This document shows, piece by piece, positions 14,123 through 21,909 of a stretch of 24,000 nt of DNA. The position numbers and the translations under genes are program-made. Position 1 is the stretch's first letter. Every line of letters begins with the position of its first letter. The DNA lies in sequence record MN794232.1; one strand, 5' to 3'. The notes under the pieces are model-generated. The model ran no database searches and was not told the origin of the DNA. It worked only from the letters and a program-made list of their open reading frames with translations. The DNA is from Vibrio phage VH1_2019.

Positions 14123-14245
14123 TGGTCGAGTGTAACGGAATCGAACCGTTCCCACGATCTCCCTATGATATGCGTAAATTGGTTGCTGAATATAATCATG
14201 TCTGATTACAGTATGCTACGTGTGCTGCCACTACACCAACACTCG
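14123..14245 (-). tRNA. interrupted tRNA, 49-nt insert between positions 28 and 29, anticodon AGG (Pro)
   Basis: CGAGTGT/ACACTCG 7/7, D stem GTGT/GCAC, CG[49 nt]ATC-ATAGGGA-GATCG, T-arm AACGG-TTCGATT-CCGTT, encoded CCA. Insert spans 14170-14218. Confidence 0.82.
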
Positions 14246-14415
14246 ACCAATGTACTCTCGATATTTTAAATGTGCGCTACTTGCACGCCGACTGAGCGAA
14301 TTTTAACTCAGCTAGTTTTTGATTGAGACCTCGTCCGCTAAGACTATTCCCTGCACGCCAGAACTTATACTGGCTCTATGTATTCATTGCGGCTAACGCA
14401 CATTTAAAATATTAC

Positions 14416-14524
14416 TCATCTTCAGCGAAGAGACAGAAACGATGAGTCTAGTCTGTTTAATCAATGTTGTTCATCTTCAAGAAGAGGCGAGAACGATGAA
14501 CTCAGCTCGCTTAATCAACTGTGT
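14416..14524. repeat. imperfect tandem duplication of a 54-55 bp unit
   Basis: ctcatcttcagcgaagagacagaaacgatgagtctagtctgtttaatcaatgttg then ttcatcttcaagaagaggcgagaacgatgaactcagctcgcttaatcaactgtg. Confidence 0.75.
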
Positions 14525-14662
14525 TAATCTTATCAGCTTCTCAGCGAAAGTCAACATCTTTTTCAAATATTTCATCGAGTTGAAAGTTTGTTTTCTGTCT
14601 CTCGACTCGATGAAATACATTCTACATCCTTTTCAGATGAAGTCAACAACTATTTTAACTTT

Positions 14663-14914
14663 TTAAACGGAAATGATAATGCCGCTTTCAGTCTCACCTC
14701 GTTCAAGCGCAGCGTGCTTGATCTGAAGTTGTGATACTGCTTGCTGAAGTTCAATAATAGCTTTGTCATAAAGCTTGTTGTTCTCTTTAAGCAAAGCAAT
14801 CTGATCGGTCTGCATACCAATGATGTACGTTAGTAGAACAACGTTCTCATCAGTCGTCAGCGTTTCAGGCGCTTCATTGTACTTCTTCAGCACCGCTTCG
14901 GTAGATAGATCAGT
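14663..14914 (-). CDS. hypothetical phage protein (start MTDLSTEAVLKKYNEAP)
   Basis: ORF slightly overlapping the upstream acb1-like gene. Confidence 0.65.
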   Translation of the reverse strand, partial: TDLSTEAVLKKYNEAPETLTTDENVVLLTYIIGMQTDQIALLKENNKLYDKAIIELQQAVSQLQIKHAALERGETESGIIISV

Positions 14915-15365
14915 CATTATTAGCAACCCATTCTAGATCTAGTGGTTCGATATATTCATCGACAAGGCGAACCTCTGTATTGATGAACATAGGTGTGATT
15001 ACGTCGTCATAAGATAATGTGACGTGCGGAGTATAGTCAGGGTAATCGTGAGTACCACCGATAGAGATAAGGTCTTCGTGACGTTCTACAAGAGCAGGAC
15101 ATGACATCTTAGCAACGACCGCGTGTTTACCGTCTTGCGTTTTCCAACAGTCAACTTGTTCAACAGTGGCAACGAAAGTGGTATCTACAACAGGCACATC
15201 AATTTGCTTACGACTATAAAGCACAGTCACGTGAAATTTATCTGGATCTAACGGATTTTTTAGACGAAGCGTTTTTTGCAAGCGAACTAGCTCTTGCTTA
15301 CTTGCTTCGTCTAATTTGATACCAACGTAAGTTCCCTGACTCTCAAGGAACTTAGATAGTTTCAT
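14910..15365 (-). CDS. 57B: 2H phosphoesterase, T4 gp57B/Acb1-like (anti-CBASS)
   Basis: 151 aa with paired motifs FHVTVLYS and PHVTLSYD, HDYPDYTPHVTLSYD and EYIEPLDLEW; next to 57A-like and gene-1-like ORFs as in T4. Confidence 0.8.
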   Translation of the reverse strand: MKLSKFLESQGTYVGIKLDEASKQELVRLQKTLRLKNPLDPDKFHVTVLYSRKQIDVPVVDTTFVATVEQVDCWKTQDGKHAVVAKMSCPALVERHEDLISIGGTHDYPDYTPHVTLSYDDVITPMFINTEVRLVDEYIEPLDLEWVANND

Positions 15366-15631
15366 TATTCAGCTTCTTTCTCTTTTTCGCCGTCGCCTTC
15401 TACAGGGCGTTCAGCTTTACCGGTTAGATAAGCGACTTCATCAACATAGTTCTGTAGAGAACTTGCTTTTTCTTGATCGAAGTCTAGCAGTTGAGCTAGT
15501 ACACCAACGAATTGACCAAATGAATTGCGTTCAGCTTGAAGTGCTTCTTGCAAGTCAAATGTACGAACTTTCAGATCTTTGATTTGCGCTTCTTTCTGTT
15601 CGATTACTTGTTCTGGAGTTTGTTGTGACAT
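15365..15631 (-). CDS. 57A: gp57A-like tail-fibre assembly chaperone
   Basis: 88 aa coiled-coil MSQQTPEQVIEQKEAQIKDLKVRTFDLQ..., T4 gene order 57B-57A-1. Confidence 0.7.
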   Translation of the reverse strand: MSQQTPEQVIEQKEAQIKDLKVRTFDLQEALQAERNSFGQFVGVLAQLLDFDQEKASSLQNYVDEVAYLTGKAERPVEGDGEKEKEAE

Positions 15632-15640
15632 TTCTTCACC

Positions 15641-16279
15641 TTAAAATAATTTGTTGATTTGTTCATGTAGTTCTTCAAGAGAACCATTATTGTCTATTTG
15701 AATTGCGTCTTCAATAAAACCCAATTCAGTATCGCTAACGTGATTAGATGCAAGCGAACCTTCTCGGTTAACTTGAAGCATCGTGCCACCAAGCTCTTGT
15801 ACCAATTCTAATTCGTTTTGAAAACGAACATCAGTGATTATAAACACCAAATCCGGGTTTTTAAACACTAGCTCATTGTATTTATTACGTGCGTAATTGA
15901 TCCAATGTTGTTCATCAAGCGAACGTGCAACGTCAGTGCCAGTCATTTGCAGTAAATCACGAATGCTGAACAGTTTCGTGTGAGGGAGCAACGTGTAGTA
16001 GACATAATCATAATCAGCGTCTACATTTGCGTACTCACAACAAGTCAAAACAAGTTCAATTGCTTCGTCGAGGGTAAATGTCGGGACTTCTCTATCAAAA
16101 TTGTTTTGCCCGTCGATGTCTGCATACTCATAGCCATATTCTTTCAATCCAATGTACAAACCCTCTTTAATCGGGTCTGCAAACTTGTAAATGTAAGCAT
16201 TATCACTATGAATATCTTGAATGGCTTGAGCTACAGTATCTTTGCCTGAGCGTTTTTGTCCATTTATTCCTATTATCAT
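15641..16279 (-). CDS. 1: deoxynucleoside monophosphate kinase (T4 gene 1)
   Basis: P-loop GINGQKRSGKDTVAQAI, VIFIITDVRFQNELELV, length and gene order. Confidence 0.92.
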   Translation of the reverse strand: MIIGINGQKRSGKDTVAQAIQDIHSDNAYIYKFADPIKEGLYIGLKEYGYEYADIDGQNNFDREVPTFTLDEAIELVLTCCEYANVDADYDYVYYTLLPHTKLFSIRDLLQMTGTDVARSLDEQHWINYARNKYNELVFKNPDLVFIITDVRFQNELELVQELGGTMLQVNREGSLASNHVSDTELGFIEDAIQIDNNGSLEELHEQINKLF

Positions 16280-16354
16280 AATGAGTTACCAGTCAATAGT
16301 GTGTTTCGTCTCTTGATTATACGACGAAAGTGCTATCTTCTAAACATGCACCAG

Positions 16355-16417
16355 GCATACTAGTTTCTCTAATATTTCTAATATCTCTAACTTCACTAAA
16401 ACTACTAATACTACTAA
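16355..16417 (-). repeat. 7 x 9-nt degenerate tandem repeat (TTAGNNNNN)
   Basis: Minus strand TTAGTAGTA TTAGTAGTT TTAGTGAAG TTAGAGATA TTAGAAATA TTAGAGAAA CTAGTATGC, upstream of gene 1. Confidence 0.8.
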
Positions 16418-16477
16418 GATGATGCCCAATTTTTGGGCCTCAAATCCAATCCTGCCGCTTCGCTCTAGATTCAGATA

Positions 16478-16500
16478 CAAAAAAGCCCCGAAAGGGGCTT
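16478..16500 (-). terminator. rho-independent terminator after the tail-tube-like gene
   Basis: Minus strand AAGCCCC TTTC GGGGCTTTTTT. Confidence 0.88.
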
Positions 16501-16511
16501 ATTGCTTTTTA

Positions 16512-17045
16512 CTAACCCATATAGGGTGTGATGACTTCTTCTTTGCCATCGACTTTATGGATCATTTCAAAGTACGAGTATTCAAACTCAACATCACACG
16601 TTACAGTTTCAACATCACCTGCTTCAGTGTAGTTCCATTCAATAGCACTTAGAGACTTTGGAAACGCATTGACAAAGCGATACGTTGCAACAATCTTGTC
16701 TTTGTTATTGTCTAAAACATGAAGCAACATAGTAACTGGAACAATCCCGTCACTTGTACTAGCACCAGTTGGGTTATTCATAGTGATTAACCACTTGTAT
16801 AACTCAGCATACGTACGCATTTCTTCATCGACTAGAAACTGAATAGACAGGTCATCGTAAGATGTACCAGAACCTGCTACATGGTTGTTTGCTAGTTTGG
16901 CATACTTGGGACCTCGTGTAATACTTGCAATTTCCATATTAACACCCGGGATAGTGGCAGTTTGAATCTGCCACTGGAACGTTTGTGTTGCGTTATTATC
17001 TGGGATGTCGATTCGGAAATTATTCTTCATCGTCAAGTTTTTCAT
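16512..17045 (-). CDS. tail-tube-family (gp19/gp54-like) protein
   Basis: 177 aa FRIDIPDNN...QTATIPGVNME...YSYFEM, resembles gp19-family tube proteins. Confidence 0.55.
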   Translation of the reverse strand: MKNLTMKNNFRIDIPDNNATQTFQWQIQTATIPGVNMEIASITRGPKYAKLANNHVAGSGTSYDDLSIQFLVDEEMRTYAELYKWLITMNNPTGASTSDGIVPVTMLLHVLDNNKDKIVATYRFVNAFPKSLSAIEWNYTEAGDVETVTCDVEFEYSYFEMIHKVDGKEEVITPYMG

Positions 17046-19015
17046 TAGTTCACGTTACCTCTTGTAGACGGGATCTTAGCTTCACCACTTGTAGTCAATG
17101 GACGAGTGAAGTTGGTTGTATTTTGCACTGAGCTTACAGCGTTGTTGACGAAGTTCGTCCCAACTTCTTTTGTTTGCTGTGCTGCTCTGTATGCTGCTTC
17201 ACGCGCTGCTACAGCTTCTAAGATTACTGAACGCTTAATCTCTTGGAATGGCTTAATCAAGCCCTCTTCAATCATGCGTTGTCTCTCAGCCGCAACAATA
17301 GCGTCTTCTTGCATTTGCTTCTTCTCAACTTCAGCCGCTAGGAACTTGTCTAACGATTCGGTTGAACTTGCTAATGACTCGACAGGTCGTTTGATTGCAT
17401 CGGCAGCGTTCTTAGCACCGTCTATAACCGCTTGTGCTGTATTCTTAGCACCGTCTACGATCATATCCCCTGCTTTCCCTAGATAGTCAGTTTGATAGCG
17501 TGCATTGAGTCTGTCCTTGACTTCAGCCTTGCTTGCGTCAATACGCGCTCGGTTGCCTTCGATGTCTGCGCCAGCAATGAACTTCTCCATGCCTTCCGAC
17601 TTCAGAAAATCAGGTAGTGCATTTAATGCATTCACGACGAACTCTTTAACGTTTAACATTAGGTCATCTATTGCTAACATAAGAAGTCTGAATGAGTCAG
17701 GAATTGATAGCCAACTTGCAATGATCTTATTAACCGCATTGACATACATTTGAAACGCACTTCTAACGAAAGAAGTTACTTTCTCGAAGCCAGATACGAT
17801 TCCCTCAACTGCGCCTTCTGGTACAGCGTCTTTGATGTTTTCACCAACGATTCCAAACCATTCACCAATCCCTCGAACCATATCCGTGAACCAGTTCGAG
17901 ATTATACTGAATAGCATTGCTCGTTTTTCGGGGTCGCTAAAAATGTTCTTCAGTGCGGCGAAGATTCTGTCTAGCTCTTCTTCGAAGATTTTGTAAATAC
18001 CATAACCTGCAACCATTGCAACTAGAGCCGCTGGGTTTAGCATTATCGCAACCATTCTACCTAGACCTAAGAATAATTGACGAACAACCGTCCACATCCA
18101 CCCTTTTATGGTGCCGCTCATATCAGTAGCAAGTGCTTGAACGATATTACCCGTTCCTTTACTGAACTTACCGAATCCTAGAAGAATGTTAGATGCGATT
18201 TTCCCGAGTGTTCCGAATTTTGTTGCAGTCGAAGCAGCCATTGCCATTGATGTACTAAATGTCACCAATTGACCACCTAACATAACCAACCCAACACCGA
18301 CAAGTCTGAATAATTTAGCAATCCAGCCTAGTTTTTCGCCAGCAAGGTGATTCGCGATACGTCGCAGATCACTAGCTTGATTGCGCTGAACTTTCATATT
18401 CTCTTTGTAGCGTAGTTGTTCAGTCTTACGATTGCGAGTTTCGGTAACTACTTGATACGCGAAAATCTTCTTGTACAATGCGCTTATAAAGCCCACAGTC
18501 AACGGGGCGTTATTACCTGCACCGTTCTGTAGGAAACTGTTTAAATCGTCGGCAGCCGTCTTCTGAAGCCCTATAACTCGCTTCATGTCGTTGACTCTAA
18601 AGATCAGACGTTCAAACCAACGATTAAAGCCCTCCTGCATACGTGCGAACTGCATTTTTGCAGTTAAGCGCATTTCTTGAATGCCACGATCAATACGAGA
18701 CAAATGTCCTTTAAAGTCAAGAGTAGTCTTGATAATATCCGTTAGTGATATAATCGAAGCACGAACTTTATTGGAAGTTTGCTCAAAGTTTTCGATAACG
18801 CGCTGAAACAGATTCTTTTGCTGCGCCACCGCCTTTTCGTTTGTTTTAAACACCGACTGCATAGTTTCGAGCATAGACGTGGTCGTAATATCAATGTTGT
18901 TGATATGACGAGCGACACGCTGCATCGTATAAACTTCAGGTCGGTCTTCTTGTTGGAGAATGATATGATCTAATCTTCCGATTATCTCATTCATTTTCTT
19001 GTCGTCAGCCGCCAT
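17045..19015 (-). CDS. baseplate hub / tail-length determinator-like protein
   Basis: 656 aa, long helical N-terminus, hydrophobic central segments, position in the baseplate cluster. Confidence 0.5.
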   Translation of the reverse strand: MAADDKKMNEIIGRLDHIILQQEDRPEVYTMQRVARHINNIDITTTSMLETMQSVFKTNEKAVAQQKNLFQRVIENFEQTSNKVRASIISLTDIIKTTLDFKGHLSRIDRGIQEMRLTAKMQFARMQEGFNRWFERLIFRVNDMKRVIGLQKTAADDLNSFLQNGAGNNAPLTVGFISALYKKIFAYQVVTETRNRKTEQLRYKENMKVQRNQASDLRRIANHLAGEKLGWIAKLFRLVGVGLVMLGGQLVTFSTSMAMAASTATKFGTLGKIASNILLGFGKFSKGTGNIVQALATDMSGTIKGWMWTVVRQLFLGLGRMVAIMLNPAALVAMVAGYGIYKIFEEELDRIFAALKNIFSDPEKRAMLFSIISNWFTDMVRGIGEWFGIVGENIKDAVPEGAVEGIVSGFEKVTSFVRSAFQMYVNAVNKIIASWLSIPDSFRLLMLAIDDLMLNVKEFVVNALNALPDFLKSEGMEKFIAGADIEGNRARIDASKAEVKDRLNARYQTDYLGKAGDMIVDGAKNTAQAVIDGAKNAADAIKRPVESLASSTESLDKFLAAEVEKKQMQEDAIVAAERQRMIEEGLIKPFQEIKRSVILEAVAAREAAYRAAQQTKEVGTNFVNNAVSSVQNTTNFTRPLTTSGEAKIPSTRGNVN

Positions 19016-19182
19016 TATTGTTGTTCCTTATTCTTTTCTTGAATGTAATGTATAAGCTGTGCGGCATAGATTTCACGCTCGAATAGAACCATCGTTTCTA
19101 AGTCGTGAAGAGAAAAATTGCCATGAGTGATCATGGCAAAGTTTTCCTTGTAATACTCTTCAAGTGAGTATCTACCGAGCAT
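19015..19182 (-). CDS. small baseplate-cluster protein missed by the ORF cutoff
   Basis: 55 aa MLGRYSLEEYYKENFAMITHGNFSLHDLETMVLFEREIYAAQLIHYIQEKNKEQQ; stop overlaps the next start (TAATG). Confidence 0.8.
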   Translation of the reverse strand: MLGRYSLEEYYKENFAMITHGNFSLHDLETMVLFEREIYAAQLIHYIQEKNKEQQ

Positions 19183-20030
19183 TATACGAAAAAATCTTCG
19201 ATGCCTCTTAGCGTAACTTTCTCGTGATTACCACACTTAGGACATTTCACGTCAACGTATGTCGTGATGCGTGGAACTGAATCGACGAATGTCTGAACTT
19301 TTTTGAATGCTGCCGTATCAAGTTCGCCCATGATGTTCACAAGCTGCCCTTGCTCTTCAAGTTCTTCTTTGGTGTAAACAGTATCACCAACATGAACTTC
19401 TTTAATTGATTCAACCGCAATATTGAACAGACCTTGTGGTGTATTCGGGTCGTTGTTCTCATACACTCGAATTGTCGGGTGTTGGAGTTTGATAACAACT
19501 TTTGGGTTGACTCGAACTGTATCTTCACCTGTAAATTCAGGCACGAACGCAGCTTTCAAGTCGATGTTGGTTCTGATACGTTCACCGCATAAGTGCTTCT
19601 CAGGTGCAAACACTGCTTCAATCGCTTCTTCGTTTGATTGATTCATAATCTCGGCAAAAATATCATCAGCAGATTTAGCCAGTTCAGCCTCTTCTTCCTC
19701 AGAAAGCTTTTGAAGTTCTTCTTCTGACTTCGGAGCACAGCAGTTGTATTCTGCTTGAATGTTAGTCACACCGTTACTGTTCATGTACATATGCAGAAAC
19801 AGATACTCAGAGTCACCAACCGTCAGGTCATCCATTTTGATGTCAGATACAATGCAGTTTTCAAGACACTGTTCGATTGCGTCAATCTTCTCATCAGATT
19901 CATTTGCGATAAGCAATGCTTTATGCTCTTTTGCAAGCATTGCACGCAGTTTAATTTCTTCACCAGTTGATGGTAGTTTTACAGTATATTGTGGCGCAGC
20001 AAGTACGCTAATATCAAATGCTTTAGTCAT
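19182..20030 (-). CDS. 26: T4 gp26-like baseplate protein with C-terminal zinc motif
   Basis: 282 aa; N-terminal hub-family pattern and VDVKCPKCGNHEKVTLRGIEDFF. Confidence 0.7.
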   Translation of the reverse strand: MTKAFDISVLAAPQYTVKLPSTGEEIKLRAMLAKEHKALLIANESDEKIDAIEQCLENCIVSDIKMDDLTVGDSEYLFLHMYMNSNGVTNIQAEYNCCAPKSEEELQKLSEEEEAELAKSADDIFAEIMNQSNEEAIEAVFAPEKHLCGERIRTNIDLKAAFVPEFTGEDTVRVNPKVVIKLQHPTIRVYENNDPNTPQGLFNIAVESIKEVHVGDTVYTKEELEEQGQLVNIMGELDTAAFKKVQTFVDSVPRITTYVDVKCPKCGNHEKVTLRGIEDFFV

Positions 20031-20041
20031 GATGTTTTACC

Positions 20042-20788
20042 TTAGAATAGACCTGAAATGGCTTCAGCGCCTGTATTGAAAAAGCTGTTATATGTTTTCT
20101 CGAAGTTTTGAGTAATACCCAGTTTATCCGAGATTGTGCTTGATAGATCTTCAGTCATGTATGTTGCGCTTTCGTAAACAAACTCGACTTCGAATTCAGC
20201 CACTGCGTTGTTATTCTCGTATCCTAACTGAACCCCACCTACTCGAATCGGATACGCATTCTTCAAGCTAGTCATCGTAACCATTTCTGCGTTACGATTG
20301 TATGTGTAAATCTCAATTGTTCGAGCATAGTTCGAGAAGAAACCGACTTGAGCAGAATCATTTGAATAAATCTGCTTAAACCAACCAAGTAACATTTTAC
20401 GTTCTGGGTGTGTTGGTGACAGATACAATGACATGGTCACTGTTTCGTCGGTTTTCGCTTTTACTACGTGATGTGGCTTACGTCTAGTTTTATCTACGTC
20501 AGTTTCGTATGACGACCCTGGGATATTAACTGATTTCACCATCATTCCGATGTTTCGTTCGAACTCAAACCCCGAGCCGAAAAGAGAAGCAGTTGACGCA
20601 AGGGCATCTTGTACCCCTACGCCTTTGATGTCTGAAAAGTCAGCATTCAAAAATGACTCACCTGTATTCATCAACTGCTTTGCTGTATCTTGTAGCGATG
20701 CAAATCGCACCGCATACAAGTTTTGTCTGGCTAAGTCGTTCTTTGTAATTTGAGATAAGAACTTCTTAACATCTATTCCGATTGCCAT
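20042..20788 (-). CDS. tail tube / baseplate-tube junction family protein (gp19/gp54-like)
   Basis: 248 aa; VKSVNIPGSSYETDVDKTRRKPHHVVKAKTDETVTMSLYLSP... Confidence 0.6.
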   Translation of the reverse strand: MAIGIDVKKFLSQITKNDLARQNLYAVRFASLQDTAKQLMNTGESFLNADFSDIKGVGVQDALASTASLFGSGFEFERNIGMMVKSVNIPGSSYETDVDKTRRKPHHVVKAKTDETVTMSLYLSPTHPERKMLLGWFKQIYSNDSAQVGFFSNYARTIEIYTYNRNAEMVTMTSLKNAYPIRVGGVQLGYENNNAVAEFEVEFVYESATYMTEDLSSTISDKLGITQNFEKTYNSFFNTGAEAISGLF

Positions 20789-20791
20789 TCG

Positions 20792-21388
20792 TTATCTCCT
20801 TCTATAACGATCATCGTAAGCACGAACAGCAGAAATGTTGCGACCATTTTTAGCAACGAATTGTTGCAATGGCATGTGAATAACGTTGTACCAGTCATGT
20901 GGCTTGACTTCTTCAAGCGACCCTTTAATTCGCTTGAGAATGTATAATTTCACCATATGTTTACTGAACTTGATGTTTTTCACTCGACCCCAATCGATCA
21001 TTAATCGTGTGGAGTTGCTCACTGTTTTCGTGTTAGCATATCTAAGTAATGTGGTTAAAAATTTCTCGCGATCTTTGGGTGGGATGTAATGCAAGTTCAA
21101 GCCTAGCATATAGCCTTTTTGTTGCCCCAAGCAGATGATGCACGGAAATTTATCCCAGTATGGTAACTGGTGTTTAGTTTTTGCGTCGTACGCGAAAACA
21201 TACATGTTGCCTTTGTGAGGAACTTGCACTTTTCGACTACGAATTGCATCATGAACGCGCTTTTTGAACCACGCCAGTGATTTGCGCTGATTCTTTGCAA
21301 TTGGAGTACGACCAAGCTCGTGTGTTTGAGCCTTGAAGCTATCAAGAAGACTTTCTTTTTTCTTCTTTGCTCTTTCTGGTCTAGCCAT
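20792..21388 (-). CDS. hypothetical phage protein
   Basis: 198 aa basic protein; start overlaps the stop of the gp4-like gene. Confidence 0.65.
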   Translation of the reverse strand: MARPERAKKKKESLLDSFKAQTHELGRTPIAKNQRKSLAWFKKRVHDAIRSRKVQVPHKGNMYVFAYDAKTKHQLPYWDKFPCIICLGQQKGYMLGLNLHYIPPKDREKFLTTLLRYANTKTVSNSTRLMIDWGRVKNIKFSKHMVKLYILKRIKGSLEEVKPHDWYNVIHMPLQQFVAKNGRNISAVRAYDDRYRRR

Positions 21389-21843
21389 TACACTCTCAGT
21401 CCTATTAGTTTACGAAGTCCGACTTCAGTCAAGACTTTGAATTGCCATCCTTTCTGCTTTGCGAATTTAATCGCAGCAGCCCACTTATCTTGGTTTACTT
21501 GATACGTATATATCTCTTTCAGTAAACGCTTCTTAGCCTTTTCAGTAAGTCTCTGTGGTTTCTCGGGTGGCAATGTTTCTTTGTTGGGTTTGATCTCGAA
21601 TATGAATTCTCGACCGTCACTGAACTTCACGTAAAAGTCCATGAAATATCTACGTTTTTTCCCACCGTCAGCAGAACTAACATAAGGGATAACGATTTCT
21701 TCAGAGTTCCAGCGAACTACATGCGGGTTGTTGTCACACCAGCGCATGAAAGACAATTCCCATGAGCTTCTGTACTCAATTTTCTGATAGTTGCCTTTGT
21801 ATTTCGATTTGTTTGTTGGAACGTATTTGCCAGAATATGCCAT
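21388..21843 (-). CDS. 4: gp4/gp50-like head completion nuclease
   Basis: MAYSGKYVPTNKSKYKGNYQKIEYRSSWELSFMRWCDNNP...RYFMDFYVKFSDGREFIFEIKP. Confidence 0.9.
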   Translation of the reverse strand: MAYSGKYVPTNKSKYKGNYQKIEYRSSWELSFMRWCDNNPHVVRWNSEEIVIPYVSSADGGKKRRYFMDFYVKFSDGREFIFEIKPNKETLPPEKPQRLTEKAKKRLLKEIYTYQVNQDKWAAAIKFAKQKGWQFKVLTEVGLRKLIGLRV

Positions 21844-21861
21844 AAAACGCCTCCTTTCATT

Positions 21862-21869
21862 TATTTAGT
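21862..21869 (-). promoter_or_regulatory. late promoter-like ACTAAATA
   Basis: Located 19 nt upstream of the gp4-like start. Confidence 0.4.
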
Positions 21870-21875
21870 ATCGAG

Positions 21876-21883
21876 TCTAAATA
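21876..21883 (+). promoter_or_regulatory. late promoter-like TCTAAATA(C)
   Basis: Located 27 nt upstream of the gp48-like start. Confidence 0.45.
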
Positions 21884-21909
21884 CAGATATATTTTAAAGG
21901 AGATCTAAC

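Noticed and set aside
11815-14245. Group I or group II introns in tRNAs
   Set aside because: Inserts are 41-50 nt, far too short for known group I or II cores.
5392-14245. CRISPR array
   Set aside because: The repeated elements are tRNA T arms and spacers of variable length, with no constant direct repeat and no cas genes.
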